Shown here one piece after another: positions 18,513 through 27,874 of a DNA stretch of 64,000 nucleotides (position 1 is its first letter; the number at the start of each line of letters is the position of its first letter). Under the pieces are notes generated by a model. It saw nothing but the letters and a program-made list of their open reading frames with translations, had not been told where the DNA came from and did no database searches. The stretch comes from a plasmid. The DNA is taken from the sequence record NZ_CP033968.1; one strand, given 5' to 3'. The position numbers and the translations under genes were made by a program.

Positions 18513-19301
18513 TTGTGGCCCATCAACGGAGACATCGTGACTGCTAAAAAATCCACCACCGCCTTGGAACTGGGTTGGCCGCGGCGCCGGCAAGAGAGCG
18601 GCTACTTCAGCGAAGTCGAGGCGTTGACTGACGGAATCCGCCTTGACGCCGAGTTTGCCGAGGAGCCGTGGCTTGTCCTCTGCCAGGTGTCCGACAGCTT
18701 TCTCTCGGAAGACTCCGGCGTGGATGCCAGGGGCGTGCATGCGCAGGCGTTCAGGCAAGGCGAGTCTTTTCCACGTGCGTATGCTGAGTTCGACTTGTTG
18801 TCGCCATGCGCCGGCCAGGCGCTGGAGGAGTGGCAGTTTCTAGACGCTTGCGATAGCGCTAGCAGTGCGCTGAGCTCAATGGCGATCGCACTGTCGCAAT
18901 CGGCCGTGCAGGACGTCGGCGGTTTGCTCGGGTCGGCTCCGATCCTGCACCTCTCCCGCATTGAGGTGAGGGCTGACCAGCAAGGTCAAGGGTTGGGCGA
19001 GTGGCTGGGCCAGTTCATGCTGAGGTGGCTGTGCTCCTCGTTTGCCCCCGGGCTACTGATCGTGCAGCCGTTCCCTCTCCAGTTCGAAAGCTGTTCGCCC
19101 TGTGAAGGTACGCCTTCACATGCGGCGTTCCGAGACGAGTTCGAAGCCGCCGCCGCCACGCTCGCCGGCTACTACTCCCGAACGCTGAACGTCAACGCAG
19201 TGCGAGAAGGCGACTCCCATCTAATTGGCGCACTTGCCGGTTGGCGGCTGCTCGTCGACGAGTTCGGGTGGTCGCTGGCACCCCAGAAGGAATCAGAATG
19301 A
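18513..19301 (+). CDS. hypothetical protein, possible GNAT-type acyltransferase
   Basis: IEVRADQQGQGLGEWLGQFML resembles GNAT motif A (R/QxxGxG/A); weak. Confidence 0.35.
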   Translation: MWPINGDIVTAKKSTTALELGWPRRRQESGYFSEVEALTDGIRLDAEFAEEPWLVLCQVSDSFLSEDSGVDARGVHAQAFRQGESFPRAYAEFDLLSPCAGQALEEWQFLDACDSASSALSSMAIALSQSAVQDVGGLLGSAPILHLSRIEVRADQQGQGLGEWLGQFMLRWLCSSFAPGLLIVQPFPLQFESCSPCEGTPSHAAFRDEFEAAAATLAGYYSRTLNVNAVREGDSHLIGALAGWRLLVDEFGWSLAPQKESE

Positions 19302-19573
19302 ACGTACGGACCATCATCGTGAACTGGTGGCAGAGCTTTCGCCCATATCTGCTGCTCACAATCGCTTTCAACGTCCTTGTGATTGCATTCCTGCTCGCGT
19401 CGGTCGCGATCGCTGCCAGGGACCTACTCCACAGCAGCACCTGGTACGTGCGTTTGTGGGCCGCCGCAGAGACCGTCGGCTGGGTGTCCGGTGGGCTGGC
19501 TGTGCTGTCTGCAGCATGGCTGATTTGCAAACTCGTGCGTCACAAACGACCAAGCAATGGAGGTGTCGCATGA
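19298..19573 (+). CDS. small two-helix membrane protein
   Basis: MNVRTIIVNWWQSFRPYLLLTIAFNVLVIAFLLASVAIAA...; GGAATCAGA upstream; ATGA overlap with the signal peptidase start. Confidence 0.5.
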   Translation: MNVRTIIVNWWQSFRPYLLLTIAFNVLVIAFLLASVAIAARDLLHSSTWYVRLWAAAETVGWVSGGLAVLSAAWLICKLVRHKRPSNGGVA

Positions 19574-20526
19574 GCCTCTTCCTGTCGGGTCTGGCGCTGA
19601 CCGCCGCTGGGCCGGCCATGGTGGCTTACGGCCGCCGGCGGGGGGAGACAGACGAGGTCAACAGCAGGCTTCTGTCCCTTGGCTACTCATGTGCGATCTT
19701 CGGCCCGTTTTTGTTATTGGTCTACGTGGCCACTTTGCCCTCAGCACTGCTGGTAGCAGCAGCGGTGAGTGGCCTTCTATGGGGGGCGGACTGGTTGGCC
19801 AAGCGCACGCGTGGGCGCCGCTGGACGTCCGGGGCGGCGCGTTACGGGAGCGACGCGTTCCTCATGGTGCTGGGCGTATGCGTAGTGAGGTTCTTCGTTG
19901 TGGAGCCGTTCGTCGTCCCGTCGTCATCCATGCGGCCGACGCTATCAGTTGGCGACGTGATCATCGTGGACAAGTTCTCCTATGGCATCCGCCTGCCAGT
20001 GCTCAACCTCCCGCTGATCCCAACCGGCCAGCCCGCTAGAGGACAGATGATCGTTTTCGAGTACCCGCCCGATCGGAGCCGTGCGTTCGTGAAACGAGTC
20101 ATCGGAATCCCGGGGGATACCGTCCGCGTCGATGATTCAGGTATCGAGATCAACGGTGAAAGGCTTCCTCAGGCCCCCGCCGGCAGCTACACCTACACGA
20201 GCGATGCTGGCCATCCCGTGGCGGCCGACCAGTTCGTCGAGCGGCTCGGATCGACGAGCTACCAGTCACTCCACCGGCCCGGAACCCCTTGGGCGGATCT
20301 GGCCGCCGTCGAGGCGTTGCACCCCAAGAATGGTTGCGCCTTCGGCAGAGCGGGAATGCAGTGCATCGTGCCCGCAGGGCACTATTTCGTGATCGGGGAC
20401 AACCGAAGCGATAGCCTGGACGGCCGATACTGGGGCTTCGTGCCGGACAGCCATCTCCTAGGGAGGGTCGATGCCGTTCTCGGGAACACCAGTGGGCCCC
20501 GTTACACAGGGGCTTGGTTGCGCTGA
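19570..20526 (+). CDS. lepB: signal peptidase I (S26, LepB-type) with an N-terminal membrane extension
   Basis: The SSM in PSSSMRPTL is the Ser nucleophile; VKRVIGIPGD and GDNRSDSLDGRYWGFVP are conserved S26 boxes; GGAGGT upstream. The annotated ORF start at 19225 was rejected. Confidence 0.85.
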   Translation: MSLFLSGLALTAAGPAMVAYGRRRGETDEVNSRLLSLGYSCAIFGPFLLLVYVATLPSALLVAAAVSGLLWGADWLAKRTRGRRWTSGAARYGSDAFLMVLGVCVVRFFVVEPFVVPSSSMRPTLSVGDVIIVDKFSYGIRLPVLNLPLIPTGQPARGQMIVFEYPPDRSRAFVKRVIGIPGDTVRVDDSGIEINGERLPQAPAGSYTYTSDAGHPVAADQFVERLGSTSYQSLHRPGTPWADLAAVEALHPKNGCAFGRAGMQCIVPAGHYFVIGDNRSDSLDGRYWGFVPDSHLLGRVDAVLGNTSGPRYTGAWLR

Positions 20527-20614
20527 AAGAACATGTTCGCGGCAAAACGATACCTAACAGGTACAAACACGACTAGAATAGCGATCTGATACAACGGCCA
20601 CACAGGAATTCCCC

Positions 20615-20851
20615 ATGGAACACGTTCGCGCAAACTGGCGCTCCTACTTGCTTGCCCTGATCCTGATCGCGGCGCTGACGATCCTGTTCTGCGTTGTCCT
20701 GGGCCCGATGCTGGGCATTGCGCTGAGCGTGATCTCGCCTCTCAAGGTCGTTGTGGTGCTGCTTGTCACCGGGGCGCTTCTGCGATATCTCCTGCACTCC
20801 GTGGACAAGGTTGATCGGACGCACGTCGAGACGTCCGCGCACGGTCGATAA
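20615..20851 (+). CDS. small membrane protein
   Basis: Two hydrophobic helices; terminator GGCCTGCCGAACCGGCAGGCCTTTTT follows. Confidence 0.45.
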   Translation: MEHVRANWRSYLLALILIAALTILFCVVLGPMLGIALSVISPLKVVVVLLVTGALLRYLLHSVDKVDRTHVETSAHGR

Positions 20852-20984
20852 CTACCTGGAAGCCCGATCGTTGCCCATAAGGCCTGCCGAACCGGCAGGC
20901 CTTTTTCATATAGTCGTGTGGAGGACATATCAGTCCACAAGGCCCATGGATCGGGTTTGATCACCCATGCTCAAGGAGATACTC

Positions 20985-21335
20985 ATGAATGAAGCAATCA
21001 CCACGCAAGTAATGGTCTTCACGAACGGTCGGATCGCCATTCAACTCTGGGCTGATGAGGGTCCATACGCCAGGCTGAACGTGAACCTGCCCGATGAAGC
21101 CTTCGCAGACGATGAGATCGCCATCAACTGGGATCTCGACGACAGCGTCCTGAAGTCGATTCTTGACCTCAACAAGTTCCAGGAAACCGATCGCGTCGTT
21201 CGCTCCGGACACGCCGTTTGTGCGGTCTGGAAAGTGGTCTGCCCGGAGATGCTTCAGGAGGCCGCGCAACTGCGCAAGCAGATCAGGCGCCATACGAGCC
21301 GCCGGACGTCGATGAGTAAGGCTGCCATGCACTGA
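20985..21335 (+). CDS. hypothetical acidic protein
   Basis: AAGGAGATACTC upstream of MNEAITTQ. Confidence 0.5.
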   Translation: MNEAITTQVMVFTNGRIAIQLWADEGPYARLNVNLPDEAFADDEIAINWDLDDSVLKSILDLNKFQETDRVVRSGHAVCAVWKVVCPEMLQEAAQLRKQIRRHTSRRTSMSKAAMH

Positions 21336-21362
21336 CAGCTCACTGCACTTAACCCTGCACCA

Positions 21363-21403
21363 CCCCCGCTACGCGTTATCGCGAGCGGGGGTTTTTTCTT
21401 TTG
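21363..21403 (+). terminator. rho-independent terminator
   Basis: CCCCCGCTACGCGTTATCGCGAGCGGGGG followed by TTTTTTCTTTT. Confidence 0.75.
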
Positions 21404-21421
21404 GTCTTTCCATTTTTCGGC

Positions 21422-21450
21422 TTGACCAAAATAACAGTAACACGTAACAA
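21422..21450 (+). promoter_or_regulatory. candidate sigma70 promoter of the MTase gene (TTGACC, 17 nt, TAACAA) in an AT-rich stretch
   Basis: Read from sequence. Confidence 0.35.
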
Positions 21451-21480
21451 TACGGCAACTGAAGCCGTCAACTAAACAAG

Positions 21481-22365
21481 ATGAACGACCAGGACAAGAT
21501 TCGCCAATTGGGGCAGTACCCGACGCCCGCGTTGAACGACCAGGACAAGATTCGCCAATTGGGGCAGTACCCGACGCCCGCGTGGGCGGCGGAGCAGCTT
21601 GTCGAGCGGTACTTCGGCGACCTCGGGCGAGACGACCTTGTTATCGAGCCGGCCTGCGGCCCTGGCGCTTTCCTTGGGGCAATTCCGACTGATGTGCCGG
21701 CGATCGGCGTTGAGATTGATCCACTGGCGGCCGAGTGCGCGCGAGTCGCGACCGGACGCGAGGTAATCACTGGTGACTTCTGCACGGTTGACTTGGAGGC
21801 GAGGCCCACGGCAATCATCGGCAACCCTCCGTTCAAGCTGGCGCTGGTGGACAAGTTCCTTGCTCGCGCACATGCATTGCTGCCGGAAGGGGGGAGGGTT
21901 GGATTCCTTCTGCCGGCCTACGCGTTCCAGACCGCGAGCCGCGTAGTGGACTACAACCAGCGTTGGACCATCGCGCAGGAGCTCGTGCCGCGGAATGTGT
22001 TCGATGGCTTGCGGCTCCCCTTGGTGTTCGCGCTCTTTCACAAAGAGCGCCATCGCAGGCTTCTGGGATTTGCCTTGTTTCACGAGACCGTTGCTGTGCA
22101 CCGCATGCAGGACGACTACCAGTTCGTTCTGAAGCAGGGGAGCGGCCCCATTTGGCGCAAGGTTATCGAGCTTGCGCTACGCCGCCTGGGAGGTGAGGCT
22201 AGCTTGGCTGATATTTATGAAGAGCTGCAGCGCAACCGTCCAACTGACACCCGTTGGTGGAGAGAGAAGATCCGTCAAACCTTACGGCGTTATGCCGAGG
22301 TATTTGTTGTAAAGGGGGAGGGAAGATATGCGCTGTCCGCCTCGCCCAACTGTACAGGCGCGTAG
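21481..22365 (+). CDS. gamma-class N6-adenine DNA methyltransferase
   Basis: Motif X GQYPTP, motif I IEPACGPGAFLG, motif IV IIGNPPF, in gamma order (X, I, IV); 294 aa. Confidence 0.8.
   Translation: MNDQDKIRQLGQYPTPALNDQDKIRQLGQYPTPAWAAEQLVERYFGDLGRDDLVIEPACGPGAFLGAIPTDVPAIGVEIDPLAAECARVATGREVITGDFCTVDLEARPTAIIGNPPFKLALVDKFLARAHALLPEGGRVGFLLPAYAFQTASRVVDYNQRWTIAQELVPRNVFDGLRLPLVFALFHKERHRRLLGFALFHETVAVHRMQDDYQFVLKQGSGPIWRKVIELALRRLGGEASLADIYEELQRNRPTDTRWWREKIRQTLRRYAEVFVVKGEGRYALSASPNCTGA
21482..21583 (+). repeat. perfect 51-bp tandem duplication (2 copies) inside the MTase 5' end
   Basis: TGAACGACCAGGACAAGATTCGCCAATTGGGGCAGTACCCGACGCCCGCGT repeated head-to-tail; encodes NDQDKIRQLGQYPTPA twice, in frame. 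Confidence 0.95.
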
Positions 22366-22429
22366 GCGGTTCCGCAATCAGCCGGTTGCGGCGACCGTCG
22401 TGGTCGTCTCGGTAATCAAGGAGTGGGTG

Positions 22430-22684
22430 ATGTCGAAGTCGTTGTTGGTGCGGATTGCATTCTGTGCGTCCATCTTTGTGCTGCTCGTGGGAATCGTCGG
22501 CCTAGCGCTTTGGCTCGGCGCTGCCTTGCCGATGAACGGGTTATCAGGTGGGTCAAGGCTTACCAATGGGCTAATGTGGTTGGCTAGCTTCCTCGCTCTA
22601 TGCCTGCTTGTCGCCCAGATTCCTTCGTGGTTCCGGGGAAAGCGTCGGAGCGAGCCGCTCGAAGGTCGTCAATGTGGAGAATAG
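22430..22684 (+). CDS. small membrane protein
   Basis: AAGGAGTGGGTG upstream of MSKSLLVRIAFCASIFVLLVGIVGLALWL. Confidence 0.45.
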   Translation: MSKSLLVRIAFCASIFVLLVGIVGLALWLGAALPMNGLSGGSRLTNGLMWLASFLALCLLVAQIPSWFRGKRRSEPLEGRQCGE

Positions 22685-22685
22685 T

Positions 22686-23111
22686 ATGGGTACTTACCTG
22701 AGGCTGATCTTGAAGAATGCTCTCAAATGCGCGTTGGCCGCAACGCTCCTCGGCCTGACGCAGGCCGCCAACGCGATTGAAATGAATCTGGCGTCAACAG
22801 ACGCGGTCGTGGACAAGGCCAAGTTCACGGAGGTAGTGACCCAGTTCCTTCCCGCCAAGGTCCAGGCCCTTGATTCGAACTACAGGCTGATTGGAGTCAT
22901 GGAGACCGCATCCTATCGGGACGGAGAGCGGTTCTTCTACTACAGCCTGATGCTCCACAAGAAGGTGATCGACCGCGACAGTGGCAAGACGTACTGGGCC
23001 GTTACCGGCGGCATCCGTGCGCATGGCATCACCGCCGGCGGCGAAGAGTTGATCAAGCATGTACGTGAAGACCTGGTGCTGGGCGCCAACTCATTCCCCA
23101 TGGATCAATAA
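22686..23111 (+). CDS. secreted protein of unknown function
   Basis: Signal peptide [30 protein letters not shown]. Confidence 0.5.
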   Translation: MGTYLRLILKNALKCALAATLLGLTQAANAIEMNLASTDAVVDKAKFTEVVTQFLPAKVQALDSNYRLIGVMETASYRDGERFFYYSLMLHKKVIDRDSGKTYWAVTGGIRAHGITAGGEELIKHVREDLVLGANSFPMDQ

Positions 23112-23131
23112 GACGCCGCTGGATTGCTCGG

Positions 23132-23521
23132 ATGAACATGAATCGAAAGTTCCTTGTGGTTGACGACTTCGCCACGATGCGTCGCATCGTTCGAAACTTG
23201 CTCAAGGACATTGGCCACGCGAATGTGGAGGAGGCGGAGGACGGCGTCGATGCATTGGAGAAGCTGGAGGCTGGATCGTTTGACGTTGTCCTGACGGATT
23301 GGAACATGCCTCGCATGGACGGGTTGACCTTGCTCCAAACGCTTCGCCAATCTGAGAAGTACTCCGGCGTGCGCGTGTTGATGGTCACCGCTGAGGGCAA
23401 GAAGGACAACATCATCGCAGCGGCTCACGCCGGCGCCGACGGCTACATCGTTAAGCCCTTCACCGCGGCGACGTTGGGTGAGAAGCTCGACCGGATCTTC
23501 AGTCGGCTCGGCGAGGCATAA
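23132..23521 (+). CDS. CheY-like single-domain response regulator
   Basis: [29 protein letters not shown]; 129 aa as in CheY. Confidence 0.9.
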   Translation: MNMNRKFLVVDDFATMRRIVRNLLKDIGHANVEEAEDGVDALEKLEAGSFDVVLTDWNMPRMDGLTLLQTLRQSEKYSGVRVLMVTAEGKKDNIIAAAHAGADGYIVKPFTAATLGEKLDRIFSRLGEA

Positions 23522-23634
23522 GAAGCGGGCGGGGCTACTCGTTTGTCTTGGAATCCAATACTGGGACGTGTTGTGTAGCGAAACGTCCGTCGAATGAATC
23601 CAGAATGGTCGACGGCATCGCATTACAGGAGTGA

Positions 23635-24366
23635 ATGATGAACTATCACCGCTGGATCTGCTCGCTATTGCTGGCTCTTGCCGTATTCGGAGTCGCTGGA
23701 TGCACCCAAAGTGCACCGGTGGAGCAAGTGTCTGTCATCGATCGGGCAAAGGCCGAATCTGATGGAAACAAGGCCCTTGAAATTCTGGAGGCCGAGTTGG
23801 GCAGGACTGATCCTGACACCACGAGCATTTGCGGCTTCCCGAGGATTTGCGGGGAGGCCTTTCGTGCATACCGACGGGATCTGTATGTAGCACTGGATGC
23901 GCGGGCTGCAGAGCTGGCGCCTGTGTTGGCGACGGATCAACTCCTGAGGTACGTACGGACCTATGAGATGAAAGCCAGCCGCGAAGCCGTTGCTGAGCAG
24001 ATTGTCGAGCGGGCCAAGACGGCAGAAGGGAAACCTGGTGACGTTCCGCTGTTGGATGATGCTGCATCGCTTATGGCTGAAGGAAGGTCCGTGCTGCGGA
24101 ATCGCGATGTCGCCGTGGCATTCTTCGAACGGTCCTGGTTGGCTGGATCGACGTACGCGGCCAAAGGACTTGCCGATCTCTACCTAAAATCGGGGGACTT
24201 AGACAACGCTTATCTCTGGTCGGTCAGGAACAAGACGCCTGGCGTGGTCTGGACTAGCCGCATTGAGGGTTTGTCGCCGGAAGCGATCCATAACGCCGAG
24301 GCCGTAGCGTCGAACAAGTCGATCTTGTCTATGCGTGCCGACAAGGCAGGAGGGCCACGTACGTGA
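23635..24366 (+). CDS. lipoprotein with a Sel1/TPR-like repeat
   Basis: Lipobox VAGC-TQ; CAGGAGTGA upstream; AKGLADLYLKSGDLDNAYLW is Sel1-like. Confidence 0.5.
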   Translation: MMNYHRWICSLLLALAVFGVAGCTQSAPVEQVSVIDRAKAESDGNKALEILEAELGRTDPDTTSICGFPRICGEAFRAYRRDLYVALDARAAELAPVLATDQLLRYVRTYEMKASREAVAEQIVERAKTAEGKPGDVPLLDDAASLMAEGRSVLRNRDVAVAFFERSWLAGSTYAAKGLADLYLKSGDLDNAYLWSVRNKTPGVVWTSRIEGLSPEAIHNAEAVASNKSILSMRADKAGGPRT

Positions 24367-25493
24367 GGGCGAATGCGAAGAACCTCTGCGTGGTCGTTGC
24401 TCTTCTGGTGATGTCCGCGGTGGCACTTGCGATGCCGTCGCCAGCCGATGTGGCCAGCGCAGTGAGATCAGAGGACTGGTCCAAAGCTGAGTCGCTTCTC
24501 GGGGAGGTTCTGCGGGAGCGCGAATCTCCGAAAGCGCACTACCAACTCGGCCAGGTCTATGCACACCAGTTCCGGCACGCTGAGGCGCTAGCAGAGTATC
24601 GCAGGGCGAAGGAGCTTGATCCGTCGCTCAAGTTTGCATCATCGCCGAAGCTGTTCGAGGCCATGGTCACCCGAGAGGAAGCGCTTGTCGAAGGCAACCT
24701 CGACGCCGGCACATCGCGATCCCAAAGCGCGGACGTCGCCCAAGAGACTCCGGCCATAGAGGGCGCGTCGAGTGCTGCCCAGCTACAGGCTACCGACACG
24801 CTTTCCAGCCAGCAGCAAGTGGTGACCGTGCTTGAGGACTGGGCGGGCCGGATGCTGTGGCTCATCGTTCCAGCGGCATTTTTGATGGGGGTCGCCGTGC
24901 TAATGGGGATCTTCCGAGTCCAGACGAGCGATCGGCCACGAAGCATCGCCCGGCTGCCAGACGAACTGGAGGCCTTGTTGAAGCGTCTGGACTCTGCGGA
25001 GGGTGTGTGCAAGGCGGCTTCGTACCCAACCGGAAAGAAGGATCTGATCCTGGAGTCCATCTGGAAGCTGCGCGAAGACGTGGAGCGAACAGTGTCGCAA
25101 TGGCGGCACGGCACATCGATTGAGGGAGTGATGCCGGCGCTCGTGGCCAGGGCCTCACGCTTAGAGACGGCCGCGGAAACCGGGGTCGTGACTACTCCCC
25201 CTGTGGCGGACCCTGGTGATCATCGCCGAGTCGGGCCGGCAGTGGTGACAAGTCGACCTATTGCGCAGGCGATCGCTCCTCGAGCGGCAGTGCACAACAC
25301 CGAAACGCATCGCGAATCGTCGGGCGGCGGCTTCCTTACCGGTGTGGTGGTCGGCGCAATGTTGAGCGGCTCCTCCCCCGCCAGAAGCGCGGAAAGCCGC
25401 GATGAATCCAGCGGATGGTATGGCGGGAGCGGAAATGGCGGCGGCGGAAATGGAGGGCCGACTTTCGATGGCGGAACCGGAGGAGATTGGTAA
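24363..25493 (+). CDS. TPR-containing membrane protein with a Gly-rich C-terminus
   Basis: Signal-like N-terminus; HYQLGQVYAHQFRHAEALAEYRRAKELDPS TPR unit; TM helix LWLIVPAAFLMGVAVLMGIF; GGSGNGGGGNGGPTFDGGTGG tail; 4-nt overlap with the upstream gene. Confidence 0.5.
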   Translation: MRANAKNLCVVVALLVMSAVALAMPSPADVASAVRSEDWSKAESLLGEVLRERESPKAHYQLGQVYAHQFRHAEALAEYRRAKELDPSLKFASSPKLFEAMVTREEALVEGNLDAGTSRSQSADVAQETPAIEGASSAAQLQATDTLSSQQQVVTVLEDWAGRMLWLIVPAAFLMGVAVLMGIFRVQTSDRPRSIARLPDELEALLKRLDSAEGVCKAASYPTGKKDLILESIWKLREDVERTVSQWRHGTSIEGVMPALVARASRLETAAETGVVTTPPVADPGDHRRVGPAVVTSRPIAQAIAPRAAVHNTETHRESSGGGFLTGVVVGAMLSGSSPARSAESRDESSGWYGGSGNGGGGNGGPTFDGGTGGDW

Positions 25494-25520
25494 CCCGGAT
25501 CAGCTCTGCCAGGTGTCCAA

Positions 25521-26279
25521 ATGCTTGAAGAACGAGTGAAGATGCAATCGCGAACGATCGATCCAGGCAGCGTGTCGCTGCAACCGCCCACAACTACGCA
25601 CCGAGCAGCAACGGGAGCCCGTAGGCTGGCCGAACCAGCTATGCAAGGAATTTCCCGAGATGAACGTCCGGCCAACCCAGCAGATGCCGGCTGGCGTGTG
25701 CGGCTGTTCAAAAGCGGGAAGTATGTCGCCAATCGCCACTTCAGAGACGCCGCCTATCATGGCAAGGACGGATCGCTGTACGCCGCACAACGGTTCCGGG
25801 ACGACATGGCCGCAGAGTTCGGCGTCCGTCGTCGCGATCGCGAGGTTACTGCTTTGGCGGGCTTCCGTGTTTCCGCAGGCATATCGCAATCGACGCTCGC
25901 AAGTTGGCTGCATGTCTCGACGCCGCTGGTGACCCGCTGGGAACATGAGGGCGCACCGGAGCCTGTTCTGATACTGGCAACCGCGTTGTTCGGAGGTATC
26001 TTGAAGCCGCAGAAAACGCTGCCATCGCCCGACCTGGTTGCCTTGCGGCTGAAGCTCGGGCTGCGGCAAGAGGATATGGCGAAGAAGTTCGGGCGGCGCC
26101 TGGCGGCATATGGCGAGTGGGAGAGGGGAAAGCGGCAGATGCCCGGATGGGTCGCGGTCTACGTGGAAGCTATGCTATGTGGCTGGGATGAAAAGGGTGG
26201 TGCTATGCTTGCGAGCGCAGACCAGCCAACGCAAATTGCTTCCCCGACCAGTGAATCCACAAGCAGTCAACTCAACTAG
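25521..26279 (+). CDS. transcriptional regulator with two XRE-type HTH motifs
   Basis: ISQSTLASWLHVSTPLVTRWEHEG and LGLRQEDMAKKFGRRLAAYGEWERGK resemble Cro/C1 HTH units. Confidence 0.55.
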   Translation: MLEERVKMQSRTIDPGSVSLQPPTTTHRAATGARRLAEPAMQGISRDERPANPADAGWRVRLFKSGKYVANRHFRDAAYHGKDGSLYAAQRFRDDMAAEFGVRRRDREVTALAGFRVSAGISQSTLASWLHVSTPLVTRWEHEGAPEPVLILATALFGGILKPQKTLPSPDLVALRLKLGLRQEDMAKKFGRRLAAYGEWERGKRQMPGWVAVYVEAMLCGWDEKGGAMLASADQPTQIASPTSESTSSQLN

Positions 26280-26301
26280 CGAGTGGGAAGAGACGCCTGC
26301 A

Positions 26302-26616
26302 TTGTCCGCGTCTCTGCCGATCCAATTTTCAGACGGCGCCGTACTTCCCGAGATCCGTATCTCGTGCGAGGGGTGCGGCAAGCCGCTGGCCACCCGGCTG
26401 CAGAGAGGCCGTGTGGTCAACCTTCTTCCGGACGTCTATCGCCTGACGGGGCTTGCGGCGTGCTTTCACTGCGAAGGCCTGACGCGATTCGACTATCGAG
26501 TCCGCAGCGAGGGTGCCCGTATGTCAATGGAACATCGCAAAGATGGGGCATGGCGGTCAATTTGCATTTCCAGGCCCCGCGTCTGGGGACGTGTCTTTGG
26601 CTTGCTGCGGCGGTAG
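26302..26616 (+). CDS. possible small zinc-ribbon protein (TTG start, weak)
   Basis: ISCEGCGKPLA...CFHCEGL is a C4 pattern; start ambiguous because the ATG at 26188 overlaps the previous gene. Confidence 0.25.
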   Translation: MSASLPIQFSDGAVLPEIRISCEGCGKPLATRLQRGRVVNLLPDVYRLTGLAACFHCEGLTRFDYRVRSEGARMSMEHRKDGAWRSICISRPRVWGRVFGLLRR

Positions 26617-26719
26617 CCAGGGCTACATGCCAGCCCCATGCCCCGCGCACAGCGCGGGTTTCTTTTTTCTGCGCCACAAAAGAAAGAGGCCCACAGAAAG
26701 ATCTGCGGGCCGTGGTTGA

Positions 26720-27727
26720 TTAAGCTGCAACGGATTCCTGCTTCCCAGCAGTTTCCGTAGCGGGCGTCTCGCCGTTGTCGCTCGGGGCGCCGGCGGCAGT
26801 GCTGAGGAGGGATTCCTCGTCCTCTGCCTTTTTCAGGGCCTCGAAGATGGTGTCGATTCTTGCCTTGGTGTCAGGCGCGAGCATGGTGAAAGCGGGGTCA
26901 GCCTTGATGTCGTGGATGGCCACGCGCATGTCGGGTGCCGCTTTCGTCACTGCCTTCCTGAGCAGGGCGCCAGGTGTGTGCCTCGCAGATACCTTTGTGC
27001 TTCCGGTTACCTTTGCTCGGTCGATCGTCCGCTGAATAACATCTGCGGCTTGGTCGGCATGCTTCTTCAGCATGTCGATGGCGAAACTCGCCGTGATGAC
27101 TTCGTCACGCACCCAGCTCGTAATGGCAAACGGCCCTTCAATTAGCAAAAGGAGATCTTCGACATACCCCGGTTCGAGTTCCATGCCTTTCGCGATCGTC
27201 TTGACATCAGGAGCATAGATCGACGCCGTCTTGCAGAGTTTGGCGAGCTCGAAAGTCGATAGTTTGTCACTATTGTTTCCGAGGTGCATATCGCAGGTAC
27301 GCTCGAACTCAGTCAAATTCTGCTGTGTAGCGACTGCATATACTTGCTTGAAGTTGGCACCGTCCCGGATGGCACGCTTTGCTGCCTCAAGTCGACGATG
27401 GCCACGCTTGAGGATGACAACGTCCTTGCCGTTCCGCTTGGCTCCGATCACGGACAGAGGGCTGTCGCGCATGAAGCCAATCTCGGGGTTCATCATCGAT
27501 TGATAGAGGCTTTCGACTTTGTCGTAGTAGGCCTTGTTCTTCTCCCGGACGTTGTACTCCTCGTCGACGATGATCTCAAAAGGGTCGAGTGTCCACAGAT
27601 CTCCGGAGCTGGCTCCGATGATTTTCATGCCTGTCTTAATGTTTCCCTTTACGATCGGTGGAATCAAGGGAAGCTGGAGGTTCATTCCCACGGTCTTCTT
27701 GGTCTTGCTCATGATGTTCATCTCCAT
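26720..27727 (-). CDS. ParB/Srx-like nuclease-domain protein
   Basis: VVILKRGHRRLEAAKRA matches the ParB N-terminal box GHRRxxAAkxaG; 335 aa; bidirectional terminators at 26641-26700. Confidence 0.65.
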   Translation of the reverse strand: MEMNIMSKTKKTVGMNLQLPLIPPIVKGNIKTGMKIIGASSGDLWTLDPFEIIVDEEYNVREKNKAYYDKVESLYQSMMNPEIGFMRDSPLSVIGAKRNGKDVVILKRGHRRLEAAKRAIRDGANFKQVYAVATQQNLTEFERTCDMHLGNNSDKLSTFELAKLCKTASIYAPDVKTIAKGMELEPGYVEDLLLLIEGPFAITSWVRDEVITASFAIDMLKKHADQAADVIQRTIDRAKVTGSTKVSARHTPGALLRKAVTKAAPDMRVAIHDIKADPAFTMLAPDTKARIDTIFEALKKAEDEESLLSTAAGAPSDNGETPATETAGKQESVAA

Positions 27728-27874
27728 AGAGGTTGGTCTTGCAACCTCGTGATGCTGGACAGCGACGAGTAAGTTCGTGTGCGAGGCCTTTGTCGCTGTC
27801 AGCGGCAGCAGGCTGGAGAAGGCGCGGGCACCAAATGAAACGCCGCCCCACGAAAGTAGGGCGGCGTGTGTCGG

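Noticed and set aside
19225-19569. N-terminal extension of the signal peptidase ORF (start at 19225)
   Set aside because: Would overlap the well-supported small membrane gene 19298-19573 in another frame. An ATG at 19570 with GGAGGT upstream and ATGA coupling is the better start.
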